Source of the DNA: Phoronis australis
Taxonomy: Eukaryota; Animalia; Phoronida
Assembly: GCA_002633005.1 (NCBI GenBank)
Contig: NMRA01000116.1
Location: forward strand, 720,764 to 784,763
DNA length: 64,000 bases
Direction of reading: 5' to 3'
Made by a program: the position numbers and the translations under genes. The notes under the pieces are model-generated. The model worked only from the letters and a program-made list of their open reading frames with translations. It was not told the DNA's origin and ran no database searches. Below are positions 13,564 to 27,100 of this stretch, piece after piece. Within the stretch, counting starts at the first letter, position 1, and every line of letters begins with the position of its first letter.

Positions 13564-14865
13564 GTTCTCGATCGCCTACCGGGCGTTCTCGATCGCGGTT
13601 GGCCGGGGTGTGGTTGTGCGCAGCTGAAGGTGAAACGCGGTCGAATTCGACTACTGCACTTCACTCTAGTGGCCATTTTGTCTGGATGCCCTATGTTGTT
13701 CAGTTGTCTGCTTCGTATTTCAAAAGCAGGTGGTCGTAACATAATGAATATAGCGCATCCCTAGGGCATTGTATGCCACTTTTCAACCTGCCATTGCCCC
13801 TAGGCGACAGGCAGGGTTTTTCAGAATGAAATGTTGGGGAAGAGCATTGCGGATGATATCTAGAGAAGTGATTGACAGATTTTAAAGAAATTAAAAAGAT
13901 ACCAAACCTATTAACAGATACTAAAAACGATTTACACGTCCAGCTCTCTGAAACGAACTGATGCTCTGTAACCCTCGACAATCCTCAAATGTTTGGAGGT
14001 GTGGAGGAAAAGCGCTTCACGTAACCACCTGGCCGAACCCGGCCAACTTCGGCCGAGTGGTATTTGCGTAAATGATAGGATCGAGCAGACGATTAGAGGA
14101 GGCTTTAATCATGGGCGGCGCACCAAAGGGGGATGCGGGGACTATAGCCCCACTTTTTTCAGTGCTGCGCCGCCCATGGTCTATTAGCGGTGCATCACAG
14201 GTGGCTGGGGGCTTTAGCCTCCCCACTTTTTTCAGTGCTGCGCCGCGTCCATGTTTATGTTACTCATGGGCTTTGAACACACGTGGTGGTTACACCGTAG
14301 GGTATCAAGGGAGTCTAGAAGTAAATGTATGTGCCTAGCTAAGCTATATAGCAGTGAGAGAGCTCCCAAAAGTAGTGCGATGTGAATGCCTTAAAATCGA
14401 CTAAGAAACAAAACAGCAGAAAGTAGGTTTGTTATCCGATATTGCTTCCTAGCATAGTACGGTAAAGGGCAGGCGTTTTCAAATTTGGAACTGAAAGTGT
14501 TCGTAAAATACAGGTATGTTTTTCATCCAGTGTCCATTGCAATTGTATATTGGTGGATTGACATACATGCATGTACACGTGGGTGCGTTTTCGTCCTTTT
14601 AAATTCAGTGGAAGCCGGCGGTAAGTTAACATAGGCAGCCCTCCGTCGTTGCTCAAAAACCAGAATTTAACTATAACTGTTTTTCTTGCACCGGCTGAGA
14701 AAATACCACCGAGCATGTTCACATTTTTGGGGAAAAGTAGGCCGAAACCCAATAAAAACGTTGGTTATGAAAATAGACTTCTCTTGTCAATAGTGTCAAT
14801 GGTGCACAGCCTCACAGACTTCATACGAGCAGTTAGCTTGTTGGAAAAGATTTCCAAGGTTAGAT

Positions 14866-15868
14866 GCCGCTACTCTAAAGGTCCACCGTAGGCCTACTCC
14901 GAAGGTTTGCCACCTTCGAAAGTTCACTACTTCGAATGTCCACAATTCTAAAACCAGAACACCGACAGTTATTTTTTCTTAATTATAAGCACAGCCCCAG
15001 GAGTCGCTTTCGTATTATATCCAGGTTCTAATTCACACCCTTGCACTCAGAGAAGTGGGAGACGCCGTTGTGCAATGCTCGATTTTCAGCCAGTGATGAG
15101 CCAGGATTCGAACCCAGGTCGGCTCAAACAGGAGTCCTGGACACAAACCACTCCACTGAGCCACACAATTGATTACTCTGATTGTCTGCTAATGAGTAGT
15201 AACAGACATGAATAAAGTATTGTATTTGTGTCCATTTCTCATTTAATAGGTGTGCAAAAGTTGAATAGTTCTTGATGCATTGATTACATTGTTTACAAAT
15301 GAGCTTAGTTCCAATTACTGCCAATGGTGATTCTTGAATCTAACACTCATTATCAAGCATGGACAACATCTGGGGCACGGCGTTCAGCGGTTTTAAATTT
15401 AAGACTGAAGGGTCTCTCTGACTTTGTGAAGACTGGCAGAAACAGGATAGCCTGCTAACTACATTTAATTTCAAAGGTGTGCGTGGTTCCGGTGTGTGAG
15501 GTTCACGCGGAGCGGCCCTAAACCTTTCAATCTCGCTTTGAAATGATGCGACCTTGACATGGATTTGATTAATGTATCGTGGTTGATAATTCATCAACAT
15601 TCCCACTCCATATTTTTGAAATGCAATAACGTTCTCATTTTTCCGTGTTCGTAAGACATGCGGGCATTTTCGCATGCGCATGAAATCCAAACAAAGTATT
15701 TTAGTACCCTGGCGTTGTTTTAGGTATAGGTACACCATTCAGTGTATCTAATAGCCGTAGTATCATTCATTTTGCATGTAAAAGTGTGCAAATTACACAT
15801 GGGTTGAAAAAGTTAGATCTTCGTAGTAGTGAACCTTCGAAGTAGTAAACCTTCGCAATGGCGAACCG
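14866..15868. mobile_element. Non-autonomous DNA element with inverted arrays of ~15-bp subterminal repeats
   Basis: GTTCACTACTTCGAA-like units at 14866-14950 and their reverse complements at 15819-15868. Confidence 0.45.
15000..15166 (-). mobile_element. tRNA-derived SINE fragment
   Basis: Minus strand TGGCTCAGTGG (A box) and GGTTCGAATCC (B box) without a proper cloverleaf. Confidence 0.6.
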
Positions 15869-17120
15869 AATGGTGAGTAGTAGGCTGCTCCCGATTCCAA
15901 CGTCCCGTAAGCAACTCAGTAACACTCAAAAATATAACTAGATAAAAAATTTCGTCAAGTTATTCTCCGACTAAATATTTCTGGAACTCATTTAAGCATG
16001 CATGATTTGAAAATTTGGCAGGAAGTAACGCGAGAACGTTTGGATCACGTTACATCCAAATTGAGTACCGTGATTTGCGAGCACCTGTCACGTCATCCTC
16101 ATCTCTGTCTGGTATTACTAATTCCGTCTCATCCGAAAAACACAGAGCTGAGAGTCATCGTTATGTATACAAATTTCCCTTCCCCCTGATTAAGATGCGT
16201 CAATTGAGGAACTTAATGAAAACTCCACAGTGTCGACGTTTGCAAAATAAAAAAGGTCCACCGTTCAAGAAATTCGAACCACTTCCCCTTCGCAATGCTG
16301 GCAACGGGCCTGGAATTTTTAGTATTTTCAGGAAAAGAAAATTGCGTGTGGTATCTAGATGAGCAATTGATAGATTGCAATAAAATTTAAACATAAGAGG
16401 TATGTGACGAAAGTGTGCGTTACCCGTCTATGTTCGAGTGGATGTGACTGTCACAGCACCTCTGAGGGACAGTTATAATTTGTAAATGTTGGCAGCTACC
16501 AGTTTTGAGCAGAAATCAATAAGTATGTAATGCATTTTGTGTCCATATTTGTATATAACAAACCTCATGACCTCATGATTGTTCTTTACGAAAAGAAGTT
16601 AAATAGACGTGCTAATTCTTGTGTTGCAAATGTTGAAAACTTTAATTTTTAAACCTTTTAATTTGATGTTACTTTTAAGAGGTGAGGTACAAACACTTTT
16701 TTTGTCAAGTTTGACTTTTGAAGCTACACCTTTGATTAGGTTGTCGTCTGCTTGTACCTTTCACGAAACTGATTACATCCCTAGAAAGATTCTGTTCCCC
16801 TTGCACTGTGGAAGTATATTTTTAACGCTTTATGTTGCTCTTGTTCGTCTTAATATTGTTCGCATTCCACAAAAAGCCGAGGGCATTTGTCTTCAAAACA
16901 AAAAGGTTTTGTATATGGAGACAATATTTAAAGAAACTTCGCCTTCTTCAATTTATTTGGCTTTTGTTCTAACTATTAGACCTTGCAATTTCGCCTTCCG
17001 CCATGTTGAGAATTGTACACGTTTATCTGCAATGTTGCTTTAACCAAGAATTACACATTTGGCTAAATTGTCCATTCATGAGAAGTTATTCCGTTCTTTT
17101 AAAATAAACGTTTTATCTAG

Positions 17121-18145
17121 TTTCAGAAGTCGTTTATCAGCAAATACTGAATACGTCAGTGGAACCCAAAAGACAACCGAAGCCACCGGTGATTCTGTTC
17201 TGGACAAACTTTTTTTCGGATACTGAGTGGGGCATAGGCGTGGGTAAAAACAAATATGTACCCGTGTGCAACGTGACATGTGAAATTACAAATGTGAAAT
17301 CCCGCTTTAGTGAAAGCAAGGCAATTTTAATACACCCAAGAAATCCGGTTTCACCTTTACCGAAAGCTCGACAACCATGGCAGTTTGTCATATTCTTTTT
17401 ATTGGAATCGCCAATTCACACTCCTAACCTAAATCGTTTCGCCGGCATGTTCAACTATACGATGACCTATCGCCAAGATTCAGACATTCTGATGCCTTAC
17501 GGAAGATTCTACAGGAGACACAAGCCAAGCACGCCAATAACAGCACACAATTCATTCAGGAAAAGGACAAAAGAGATTCTTTGGATTGTTAGCAATTGCA
17601 GCCCACCAAGTCGCCGACAAGATGTCGTTGCGCAACTTAAAAAATATTTAAAAGTGGATGTTTTTGGTGGTTGCGGTAGTGCGCGGTGTAGCAAAGACTG
17701 CGAAAAAATTGCGAGGGAATATAAATTTTACTTAGCCTTTGAGAACAGCCTTTGTGACGGTTATGTCACTGAAAAACTTTTCAAGGCTTACGGACCTCTT
17801 GGTTTAATACCAATTGTTTATGGAGGCGCCAACTACAGTGAGATACTACCTCCTAATAGTTATATAAATGTGGCTGACTACGCATCGATAGAAGACTTAG
17901 CTCGCTATATCCGTAAGGTTTCGGTTAACGAAACGCTGTTTAACAGCTACTTTGACTGGAAAGAGAAACATTATGTCAGTGACCTGAATGAAAACATTTA
18001 CAAGACAGCTTTTTGTACTCTGTGCAACAAAATTCACCAAGGGAGTCTTAAGCCGAAAACGTATGAAAACCTTCAGAACTGGTGGATTTCTGGCAGGTGT
18101 AGAAGTCCGAAACAACAGTTTCCACAGCTGAAGATGTTTAACTAG
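17121..18145 (+). CDS. Alpha-1,3-fucosyltransferase (GT10), catalytic exon; N-terminal membrane-anchor exon not identified
   Basis: 328-aa ORF with ILFWT, FFLLESP, FNYTMTYRQDSD, WIVSNC and the GT10 signature YKFYLAFENSLCDGYVTEKL, then PIVYG and PPNSYINV. Likely acceptor TAG at 17118-17120; AATAAA at 18307-18312. Confidence 0.95.
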
Positions 18146-18513
18146 CCTGACGTAAGCCCTGTTTGTGTCTTTGAGGTAACAAGTGAAGTTTTCATTTGAA
18201 AAGCGTTTCATTATAATGAACCGATGCGTTATTTTGTTATGAATGCATCTTTCTTAAAAATGAAAAATTGACTGAAAAGTGTGTTAACGTAATAATAATA
18301 ATAGTAAATAAATATAAAGCCTGTTATTATATCTCCTGATCTTTTTTATTTCAGAAAATATATACTTTTACTACTTGACAAAGCCTAGTTTTTTGATGTA
18401 CGAGTTTTAATAGTGGCTACCGTTAAGTAAGGTTTGAGATAACCTAAAACCTTTCGCGACCATTTATTAATCACCTTCGTCCTGTTTATATCACCTTGGC
18501 GTCTTATCTTCCG

Positions 18514-18758
18514 CTAGGGGATGGAAACGATTCAATGGCCGCGCATCTAACTTCCATCTCGGACTCGGTTCCTTACCTGGGCCCGCTGGTTCGGAGTTTG
18601 GTCACGGGTATGGATTATTATCGGCGAGTGGGAGGCATTTATGGCACTGTTATGGAATTTGCACCGCTGGATTGGTGTTTACTGGTTCGGAATTGGGGCT
18701 TAGGGAGGGAAGCTTGAACTCAGAGGCGCGATCGTGTGGAATCGTTTCCATCCCCTAG
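18514..18758. mobile_element. MITE with 20-bp perfect TIRs
   Basis: CTAGGGGATGGAAACGATTC ... GAATCGTTTCCATCCCCTAG; superfamily unclear. Confidence 0.78.
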
Positions 18759-21700
18759 ACTAGCACACGTTAAAGAGAATCTTTGAAATACACCTAGCCT
18801 ATTTCATGCACCTGTTATCAAGAAACAAGTCCAAAGTATCAATTACACATCGTGTGATCTACGTCTTAGTTCGGCACATGGAAAAAATGGAAAATAATAA
18901 TACCCTCAAATCTGGAAGTGTCGCAATGTCCGTTCACGGACAAAATGCAGAGGTATTCATATCAGATGGATATCTAAAGTGGACATATTTCACGGAAAAC
19001 TCGACCTTCAATAAGAGCGGTAAGTGCTATAGTATCAGGACCACCTAGGGGGATTTTCAGTGGAGTTGTCTGAAAAACTTATACCCCAGGTTTTCTAGAC
19101 GTTTTAAGTATAGAAATATCGGGAATTTCATTTCAGTTAGTCCCTGGATAATTATTCGAAAAAAACGTTTTGTCGATCTTCTGTGCTTTTCCTTAAACAA
19201 TTCCGAATATAAAAGATGACAGAAAATTTTCATTGTTGGTTATGTAAATCAAACGGTAAAATGGGTGATCATGCATATCACCGACAGGCACCCTACGCTC
19301 TGTCATCACTTCTAACCTCTCTGACAACAAGCCATCACTCGCGTTCTATACTAGCCCTGCAGCCTTTAAAGTGTACCCGCCGAACAGCATGTACAATACC
19401 AATTTTCCCAAAAAATTAAGAGTTAATGGTGAATTTCATAGGTAGAGTAAAAAGAATTTTACATTGGTCGCAGCTAGGCACCAAAATTGGTTAACAGGTC
19501 ACATAACTGATAGCATATTCTTTATCCAATGAAACTCAATCTATTGGAATAGGCACTTAAGTTGTTTATTGAGCATATCATGATCCTGGTCCAGTACGGC
19601 ATTTTTATACGATACAGTGGCATAGAGGTCATACAATAAAAGTTCTTAGCAAATATGCGATTATTACCCATAAAAAACGAGAAACACAACGTGCAGCTAA
19701 AATTAGGGTCTTGGACGTGGAGCATTCTAGCAATACGTATTTTTCGGTCTGGATTGCGCTGCATTCACCGGGGGTATCTCGAACTCAGGGTTCCTGTTTA
19801 CTTGTCAGACTCGATTTCCAATCTGGGGAAGGATTATTGTACTCGAGACCTACATATACGTTCTTGTTCGAGAATATATATATCACATCAAATCCAACAT
19901 AGGTTCAACGCTAAAATATACGCTACGACGGCTGGTGGAGCCCTGTTGATCAGCGGATCCGGAACTAAAATTTCTGCTCGATCGACACAACCCCCACTCT
20001 ACCATCTTTGAAACACACTGCAGCCTATCATGATTTTAAAATTTCATGCAAAATTTACGTCTTATCTAGGGTGATCATGATTGATTCAATAATTTTTCCA
20101 TGAGAATATTTTCAGACAATGTCGAAGGCTAAATGCCAATAGTTTCGCCTTGGGGTGACTACGACAGCCATCAAAAACATACGCAGGTGCTCCAACGAAA
20201 TTAATAATCCGCTTTTGTGTTGTTCTCAAACCATCACCCAGCAATGCTCACGGCTTAAAATGCAGTAAATTTACCCACAGTTCACTTGGGCCGACCATGC
20301 AATTGTCGGCCCAAATGGAATAGCGGAGTTGAAACCGAATCGATTTAACGATTGCGCATGTCCGGAAATTAGGGTGCGCAAAGGCTATTGGGATTGATAA
20401 GGGTAAATGGAATGGCCGATTGGTTTGCATGACGTGTGATTTGAGTGCATTAAATTACGCTGCTGTATGCAATTCTGCCGCTATTCGACCTAATAAGCGC
20501 CCATGCCCCAACAAGTGCCCCAACGCGTTTTCAGACTTTACTAAAGTAAGCGCCCAGCCCATGAACTACATGCGAAAAATGCCCTTACCTACAGTTCTAA
20601 CGTCTCCAATTTATCAATTGAAAGATCCGATAGTCCTGAATTTGTAGACCACGAGCCTCACCGTTATGTCCGTATACACTTCAAACCTACGCCGCGATTC
20701 AAAAAGAACGCAGAAGTTTTGCTACTCTTGTGAGGGATGTGCCCCACTACGCGGGTGTGGACTTTGAAAAGAGATGCAGCGTACTTGTCAGCGGCCTTGC
20801 ATTGTTTCTTTCCGGTACAGATCTTCTCCGGCCTCAACAGGAATCCAAACTTCTTTGTACACGTGAAAACCGTGAATCGACGACTAATAAAAAAAATCGA
20901 CCAGTGTTAGCACGCGGCCAAGAAGCGCGCGCTGCATAATGTACCGGCTGTCATCCAAGACATTTAGTCGGGAACTATCTATTCATGAAACGGGTAACAA
21001 AGCATCGGCAAATAAATATTGGCACTAATTTCCGAAAGTTTCTAATACCGTAAAAAACTTTTGCATTATTTTTAACTAATCGTAATTCAATTTTTGGTGT
21101 TTTTAAGGTCAAAATGACCCACTTCGCACCCTTACACTCCAATTCTTCAGGAAAATAGCTGTTACACTACGGTCACGCATCCACTCACCCGGCGACTCAA
21201 TGAGTGACATGTCGGTCTTACCGAAAAAAAATCTCGAACGTTTTTTAGCAGATGAGGCCAGCAAGATATTAAAACACGCCCTGCTTGACTGCTTGACTTA
21301 ATTTCTTTGGATACAATGCACACCTAGATCATTACATTACTCTGGCAAATGAACTCTGATGGCAAGCACACGCACGCTTACTGTCACACACACGCATACA
21401 AACTTCAAAACAAACGTCACGTGACAACAACATGTGTGTTCCTCCACAGATTTTTATCGTGTTGCGGGTTACAATCTAGCGCAGATTTGGACTTAATCTG
21501 CAGTTAATCCAGACTCCACAAGAACTTAAAAATCTTAGAGACGCTATTTGGAAAACTTGAGGAGGATTTCAGGTAATTTGTTGAGTCGAAGCTGTTTTCT
21601 TATTCAAGAATTCAAGCCCTATCGACGATTGCGAGACCGGCAGCTACGCATTTGTCGGCAAGATTTCGCCCTGGGACTTCCAACACAATTTTATGAAAAA

Positions 21701-21947
21701 TGATCGTAATTTAACAACGAATTTTGATAGCAATGCACCACAATTTTGTGGAAAGTAAATAGTAATATTCTGCACTAGCGCGTAATACATATAGTGAGCG
21801 TACGTTAAGTGTGTTGACCCCGCAGAACAGGTGATTGTGCAGAGGCATTATCCTCAAAATTGCTCATGTTGGCTTGGTTCTGGTCAAGCGAAAACAAGTT
21901 TTTTTTCACTACCAACCGCGGTAGAGTATTTTGTCACTGTTTCTTTG

Positions 21948-22186
21948 AAGGGAGATATTGTTGGGCAGTTTCCAAGATGCGTTTTCTTGCCACCCTCAAA
22001 ATGAGGGCTGCATACTTTATGCTACCAAGTCGGAAAGAATTCACGAAGTCGGCCTTTGCTACCAGCTCTACTAATGTCTCTGACCCATGTTTAACGCAGT
22101 TCTTGATCCTTGGGAAACAGGTAGTAACTAAATTTTTTATCTCGCTAACTGGTATTATAGCCAGGCACACAACACGTATAACCTCC
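21948..22186 (-). pseudogene. Degenerate THAP (C2CH zinc finger) domain, probably from a DNA transposon
   Basis: One frame with three stops reads GYTCCVPGYNTS*RDKKFSYYLFPKDQELR*TWVRDISR...FFPTW*HKVCSPHFEGGKKTHLGNCPTISP. Confidence 0.82.
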
Positions 22187-24117
22187 CTGTGGCCGGTTCG
22201 CCCCCACGCTTGCCGACGTACTTGTTTACCGGCTTAACCACAATGCAACATTCTGACCCATTTCCAATATGGCGGCGTTGCAACTCCGTTAGTCAAGGAC
22301 AGGTCTGGTGGAATCGGGCCAATACAAGATTATTCTATTTTTCTCCAAATGCGATTGTTTCCATTCTCTACAATGACTTGCCATGCTTCTCACTTTTCAA
22401 AAATATTTATGGACATTATAACGTTCACTTTGCTCGACGGGACGAGCGCTGCGTCGGGGTCTGACGCTAATTTCCCAACCCCGGTTTATCACAGGTATTC
22501 AGTTTTTGGGCAAAACATTCCCCTTCATACTTGGTGGTTATGAATCATTAAGATAATTATTTCATTCAAGCTCGGAGTTGCTCTAACGAACACAATACCT
22601 GCTTTGTGCGTTCCTTTGACCAATTCTAGCGAATTCTTCAGACACAAAAGCAAAATTTCCCTTGTGGTTCACTAGACACCAGTTTCCACGAAACTTCTTG
22701 TAAACTCATTCCAAATTTAAGTTCAGACTCCATTGAACCATCAATGATAATTTTATTAGACTTGATATTTTTTAAGCATCGACTCCACTTCCCCCACTGG
22801 AACGTCGTCTTCCGAACCCAAAATTAGTAAATCCCCACGGTGATACTATTTTGTTAGAGGTGCAAAAAGTAACAGTGTATACGATTTATAGGATAAAGTA
22901 TTTTGATCCCTTACAAGAAACTTAAAAACCTACAGTATTCTGGGTGAATGATGTCAGTAGAGTATTCGACGCAGCTCTCGTCTAATTTTTCATCTCAAGA
23001 AAAAGATTTTTGACGAGCGGCAACCCGTGGCACGTGTTTCTAGACACCAAATTGTGAGTTGAAACGATTATTCGCTCATAAAGAATGAAACTGACTTTGT
23101 AAAGGACGTACTTCGCAGACCTCGGCAGGTGTTCAGGTTTCAACGGTAGACTGCCATTTGAGCACAAATTTCACTTTGGATACGAGGTTGAATCATCTAG
23201 GCAGAGCAGGTTAATTTGGGATGGAGAAGTATTTGGGCTTCAGGCATCATGAAAAACACATTTTTAGTAATATTTCGGGTATGTGTTTTCACCGCAGTCA
23301 GACTGTCGCTTATGTAGTGGAGGAGGCCTAGTGCGTTAATGTCATTTGGAATTAGGTGTTCTCATATACATACATACCTTTGTGTCGCATAGGTATCTTC
23401 ATTAACATGCCGTTGGAGACATACATTAATCGTGTGTTCGGTGAGAACGGATAAGAAAGCGACTAAATACTTTGCATGAAAACGTCATTAAGTGTTTGAT
23501 GATTATGGTTTGTGACGATACATTACACTGACTGTGTGTCCAGTAAAGTACTTTGCAGTATGTATTAGAAATCGTCAACATAAACCATACTTTTTAATTA
23601 CGTTCTATATTGATACCCAAACACATAAAAAATTATTGAACAGACAAGAATATGAAAACATGACATTTGAAGTTCACATTGGCAAACACAACTTAGCTTA
23701 CTATTAATGTATCTTACTTTTTTGCTAAGTTTTACTAAGAACACGGTCACGTATCCGAAAGAAAGTACGCAATAGTACCGTATTGCCGCACGTTTAGGCC
23801 CATGAAGCAATATCCGATATAATACCTTTTTCGTGGCCTTTTTTATCCAAATGGTTCGCATATTAGCGCATGTGCCTACGTTTCGCATATAAGCGCAGTT
23901 CCGCGCGGACGTCCATAGGCCGAATGCCGCGGCAATACTGTGAAAAGTCAAAAAGACAAAAATCTAACAACTCTACACGTTGTCTGCTTTTAGAAAATAT
24001 GTACTTTTACTGAGTTAAAAAATAGTTTTACACAGTGTTACTTTCTATAGTTTTGTGGGTAAATATGCACACTTGCCGATAAGGGCCTAACTAAGTTTTT
24101 TACATTTCCAATTCAGT

Positions 24118-27100
24118 ATGTACCTCGATAAAAACGTACTTTCGACTTGGTATTTCCTAGTCCCGATGAACGAAATTATCGCAGTAACAGATGTCACCGG
24201 AGAACCGAGACAGACGATTGTGCACTATCTAAGCCGCTTACCAAAACACGTTTGGACCACGGCACAGACATGTTTCACGTGCGACTCTCCAGCCTCGTCA
24301 CAAGAGTGGAAAAAAACAATAGAGAAACAAATAGCTGACCCAAGTGAGTACTGCCCTAGAGTAGATCAATAATAATATAGCACTTGCTCTTGCATTTTGA
24401 ATTTTTTGATTTCAACAAACCATACATCTAACGCAGAAACGGATGGCGACTGTTTCAGTTCGAAACGCTGTAGGGCGCATTGATCAATTGAAACTGCGAA
24501 TTTGTCACATGTAACCCAGATTCATTAAATCTATATTATCCAGGAGATATTACGAATTTTTTCACCAATATAAAATACAAACAACAAACCAATAAATAAT
24601 CGCATTGATTCCATACCATATTTCCATAGAAAGAGCGACTGCCAACAACGTAGTACCCGCGCAGTGATTTTTTATATATTTCTTACTCAAATTACACGAT
24701 GAACTTTTGACTGTTGGTTCATTTTTAAAATTTAATAGAATTCAACCGTCCACAAAACCTCCTTGTGTTCGTAAATCCCAGCAGTGGCGGGGGACGTAAG
24801 TCTGAAGAAACTTTCAAGCAGCAAGTCTTGCCTTTGTTGGAACTGGCCTCAATACGCAGTGACGTCATTGGTGAGTAGCTCGCAACAGCTTACATTTTCA
24901 AAAGGCTTGTGAAGCATATTGTTTTCCAAAAATACACATGCGTTGTTTTGAGAAGACAAATCGGGAATGCGATAATCTCTGAAGCGCTGATAATCTCTTA
25001 GGTAAACATTTAGGTTAAAATTCAGAGTTCACCTCTTAAACATTAGCGTGTAAGCATGTCTTGCAGTTCATTGCAGTTTGAGCTATTACCAGCATACATA
25101 AAATTACGCATCGTGTATTCGTGCTGTTAGCGAATGTTCACATAATGTCTCGCAATCAGCTAAAATTGTCGTATTTATTCCATCAATAATCATTTCAGGA
25201 TTTGACAATACTTCTGAATTATATGTTTTATTAATATGGAATTATATTTATTGTGATCTAGTAACCGACAGAGGGGGACAAGCAGAAGAAATTTTACAGA
25301 CGTATAACCTCGAATCAATCGACGGGTAATATCTCACTACTACAACCTGCTTTGAGGTCAAATAAATTGACTTTTGATCTACACTACTTTATGTTATATA
25401 AAGACTCTCAACTTGCTCCTGATAAGTGGTTTATGGCCTTTAAAATGGAACTGAAATTTCGTAATATAATGCTAGCCACCGTGTTCGACACAGGAATTGG
25501 TCTGCTGTGACAAACCAACTTGCAGGCGTCAAGGTCAAAATCTCAGATTTAAGTAAGGCACAAGTCATTAGAGTATATGGTCAAAATCAAAAGTTACTTT
25601 TTGGCGGAAGGCAGGCTTATACCAGTCTATTGCACTTTAGTTATTTATTCGTATATTTGTTAAATGTTTAGTCCTCCTTCTCACGGAATAATCGTTTGCT
25701 GCTCAAAGAATAAATCAACCTGTAATGGTAGAAATAATTAGACACACCGACTTATTACATTAACAAATGTTTCTCATTGAAAGATAAGAATAATCAAATC
25801 ACTTCTGAACGTTTCGAAAATGTTGCGTCTGAGTTTTTTGTTTCGGCTTTGTAACCGTTGGTGGTTCTACCAGGTAAATTTGAATGGCAGTGTTTAGGTG
25901 TTGATTTTGGAGTATATAGATGACGTACCCATAAATTGTGTTCCAGGATTCTTTGCGTAGGAGGCGACGGCACTTTTAGCCAAGTGGCCAACGGTCTACT
26001 TCGTCGGACTATAAAAGATAACGACATTGATATCAATCAGAAAGGCGTACAATGTCCGAAGCCAAAGGTCCGTATCGCCCAGATACCATCAGGTACTTAA
26101 CCACAAGTTAGTGAGAGACGGCAGGCAACGTGTGCTTCGCATACTATAAAACATACGCAATAAACCATGGTTACTTGACTCAACTTTCGTGTGTCAGCTA
26201 ACATACAGAAGTCACTCAATAAGGCGATGGATGAAAAATAAAAACAATTGCAGGCGGTCTGATACACGTTGTACCCGACGTGCGCAGGCCTCGCATGTGG
26301 GCCCATTGCACTGATCACCTGGAAATATTTTTATGCTTTATTAATATATGGTTAAAACCGATCTGAGGAGGTAGAAACCTGGCTCAAGGGTTTAGCAGTG
26401 TGACCTGGTGGGACTCGAACCCACGACCTCGAGTAAAGAAAGCGGGCACTTATCAACCAGGCCACACTGCCTCCTCGATGGATGATATCGCCATTGACAT
26501 TATTTTAACATACAGTATCATACCTCAAATAATCCGCCACTTACGGCACCAAGGCGAAGGGATATTCGAGATATACTGAATATTCAACAAATTGTAACTG
26601 TTCAAACATAAATATTTCACGAAAACGAACGAAATCTAAATCTTTAGATCCTTACTTTGACAAAGTTAGCGGCATAATTTGTTTTCAGGGTGGTCCAAAA
26701 AGCGATCTGTTTTATATTCTGTTCTGAATTTGTGCTTTACAAGATTTACCATTACTTTCTTAGTGTTTTAGTAGACACTGATCAGGTATGAGAAGTTCTT
26801 TTGACACCAAATGAAATAGATAATACACTAAGAAACAGCGAATCAAATTCGTGAAGATCTATTTTACCCAAAATCACTCTGCTAGGCCCTTGAATAATGT
26901 CTCTAGCTTCTCAGAGAAAAATGGTCCCAGGTGAGCAGTTCAGTGATCTTACCTGAGCGGCCTATGCACGACTGGTACAACGTGTACCAGACTGCCTGCA
27001 ATTCTTTTTAATACATGGGAGATCTAGAAGAAAGATATCGGTATTTGCATCATTTCCAGTTTCAAAAAATTATGACCACTCAAGTTCGGTCTAGTTCTTC

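Larger units (their letters stand above)
9458..13610. mobile_element. Decayed DNA transposon with CAC...GTG ends, ~48-bp TIRs and 5-bp TSD TGGTT (Transib-type end signature)
   Basis: Left CACCCCCGCCTATCCGCGATCGAGAACGC; right GCGTTCTCGATCGCGGTTGGCCGGGGTG. TGGTT at 9453-9457 and 13611-13615. GCGATCGAGAAC-like subterminal motifs also near 9866-9897 and, inverted, near 13075-13105. Confidence 0.8.

Noticed and set aside
16609-17043. Hydrophobic 144-aa ORF as the fucosyltransferase N-terminus
   Set aside because: It starts at a non-ATG codon, ends in a stop before the catalytic exon, and lies in T-rich intron-like sequence.
26395-26476. tRNA gene
   Set aside because: A and B boxes are present but there is no proper cloverleaf, and a diverged second copy with a shared tail indicates a SINE.
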